Shown here one piece after another: positions 61,286-61,787 of a DNA stretch of 61,787 nucleotides (position 1 is its first letter; each line of letters begins with the position of its first letter). The stretch lies in assembly GCA_001938485.1 (NCBI GenBank), contig MQRK01212633.1, forward strand, positions 1 to 61,787, in the 5' to 3' direction. The notes below the pieces were generated by a model. That model had not been told where the DNA came from, searched no databases, and saw nothing but the letters and a program-made list of their open reading frames with translations. The translations under genes and the position numbers were made by a program. Source of the DNA: Girardia tigrina. Taxonomy: Eukaryota.

Positions 61286-61500
61286 TCCACTAGAAGAAGC
61301 TATTACTTCTGGGAGAATAATCTAGTTTCTCCTTTATATGAAGTGTTTTTATTTTCTGATTGGACTGAAGGATCGCCGAATGCGATAAACGATGGGATGG
61401 TTCGGCTTCCTCGATCGTTTTTAATAATTTCAACTTTCCCATGTTTGGAAAAATCGACATAGAATAATGTGGTTTGTAAATAAAGACCGACAGCTGCCGA
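61286..61500 (-). pseudogene. HSP70: HSP70 N-terminal relic with internal deletions
   Basis: AAVGLYLQTTLFYVDFSKHGKVEIIKNDRGSRTIPSFIAFGD|PSVQSENKN|SYKGETRLFS aligns with [41 protein letters not shown]...PxVQSDMK...YKGETKxF. Confidence 0.8.
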
Positions 61501-61787
61501 CTTTTTTTTATTTAAATGGATAATAAAAAAATAGAATTTCAGAAATTAATGATTTATTTCATGATAGTTGCTTGAATATTTACAATTTCAAAAAAGATGA
61601 AAGATGACATGATAAAAATCGTCAGTTAAAACAACTGATTTATTTTTGTAAATAATTAATATAGTAACTTTTTAATATTAGGTTGTTCGATATGAAACGG
61701 GTCAAAATTAAAGTAAAATGTAAATCGATTTTTTTTAAATAATAACATTTTATTTTTAATCAAAATATCCCCCCATGTTGTCAACAC

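Overview
Very AT-rich eukaryotic (invertebrate-like) genomic DNA with four long N gaps and no convincing intact host gene. The window is mostly nested, decayed transposons: a PIF1/Helitron helicase end, a Gypsy element that has lost its RT core, at least seven Penelope-like (PLE) GIY-YIG 3' remnants, solo LTRs with TG...TA ends and 5-bp TSDs, piggyBac, hAT-Buster, mariner, non-LTR relics and MITEs. There are also short relics of host genes (HSP70, Rab, C2H2 zinc finger). The most notable signals are mostly invisible in the ORF track. (i) Ten minimal hammerhead ribozyme motifs, most lying 80-130 bp behind a PLE GIY-YIG stub. (ii) A degraded HDV-like ribozyme at 57342-57440(-). (iii) A 2062-bp TGT...ACA element with a 4-bp TSD, an intact 259-aa orphan ORF and several hairpin domains. 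(iv) A divergent cold-shock-domain ORF inserted inside a hAT transposon. All alignments and folds were done by eye; coordinates of decayed relics are approximate.
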